Source: Dehalococcoidia bacterium (GTDB taxonomy: Bacteria > Chloroflexota > Dehalococcoidia > Lucifugimonadales > Lucifugimonadaceae). From it: 64,000 bases of DNA. The DNA is taken from contig OZ242166.1 of the NCBI GenBank assembly GCA_965205325.1, positions 2,018,107 to 2,082,106 of the forward strand, in the 5' to 3' direction. Below the pieces are notes generated by a model, which saw only the letters and a list, made by a program, of their open reading frames with translations, ran no database searches and was not told where the DNA came from. Both the position numbers and the translations under genes were made by a program. Below are positions 63,701 through 64,000 of this stretch, piece by piece (positions within the stretch are counted from its first letter, which is position 1; each line of letters begins with the position of its first letter).

Positions 63701-64000
63701 ATGTACGACCTTCTCATCAAGGGTGGTCATGTTATCGATCCGAAGAACGGGATCGATGAGAAAAGGGATGTTGGGATTTCGGAGTCTTCGATAGCAGCGG
63801 TGCAGGCAGATATTCCTGAGGCGCAGGGTCGGAAGGTGGTGGATGCCTCGGACTGTTATGTGACGCCTGGTTTGATTGACTTACATGCGCATTGTTTTCT
63901 GTATGGCGGGGCGATGTTTCCGGATGAGTTGTGCTTCCCTTACGGGGTGACGACGATGGTGGACTGTGGTGGATCTGGATGGCGGACGTTCGATCGCTTC
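63701..64000 (+). CDS. Amidohydrolase-superfamily metallohydrolase (dihydroorotase/deacetylase-like), 5' 100 codons only
   Basis: Hand translation gives MYDLLIKGGHVIDPKNGIDEKRDVGISESSIAAVQ...VTPGLIDLHAHCF (HxH metal motif). AGGAAGGGG lies upstream. The gene runs off the window end, so it is absent from the ORF track. Confidence 0.8.
   Translation, partial: MYDLLIKGGHVIDPKNGIDEKRDVGISESSIAAVQADIPEAQGRKVVDASDCYVTPGLIDLHAHCFLYGGAMFPDELCFPYGVTTMVDCGGSGWRTFDRF

Overview
GC-rich bacterial chromosomal fragment of 64 kb, roughly 90% coding. All coordinates come from manual counting (+/- a few nt). No GC content, alignment or database search was computed. The gene content, a T-box leader, Val/Glu-repeat lipoprotein tethers and paralog expansions suggest a Chloroflexota (SAR202-like) genome; this is inference only.

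Housekeeping genes: tkt (partial, missed by the ORF track), valS behind a Val(GUC) T-box leader, secA, prs, and ispH.

Catabolic and transport genes: three enolase-superfamily dehydratases (two in tandem), two SMP-30 lactonases, three SDRs, ALDH, GH4, a sulfatase, enoyl-CoA hydratase, two peptide/opine-type ABC importers, four MFS transporters (two in tandem), and an ABC-2 exporter with three tandem permeases.

Small accessory modules lie between these genes:
- An ABC-type ATPase translationally coupled to a DUF4276/Toprim-like protein. This is the best candidate for an uncharacterised defence system.
- An orphan HicB-family gene followed by a lower-GC trypsin-like protease.
- An MT-A70 methylase plus a BglII-like endonuclease.
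- A small ORF plus a retropepsin-like protease.
- An antitoxin next to a decayed toxin.
- A frameshifted HAD hydrolase.

The most unusual sequence-level signal is a mosaic of short hairpin repeat families (A, B, C and GT-rich modules). All copies have the same orientation. They fill intergenic gaps, form a 1.9-kb gene-free block at 57.5-59.4 kb, and occur twice in-frame inside the essential valS gene.
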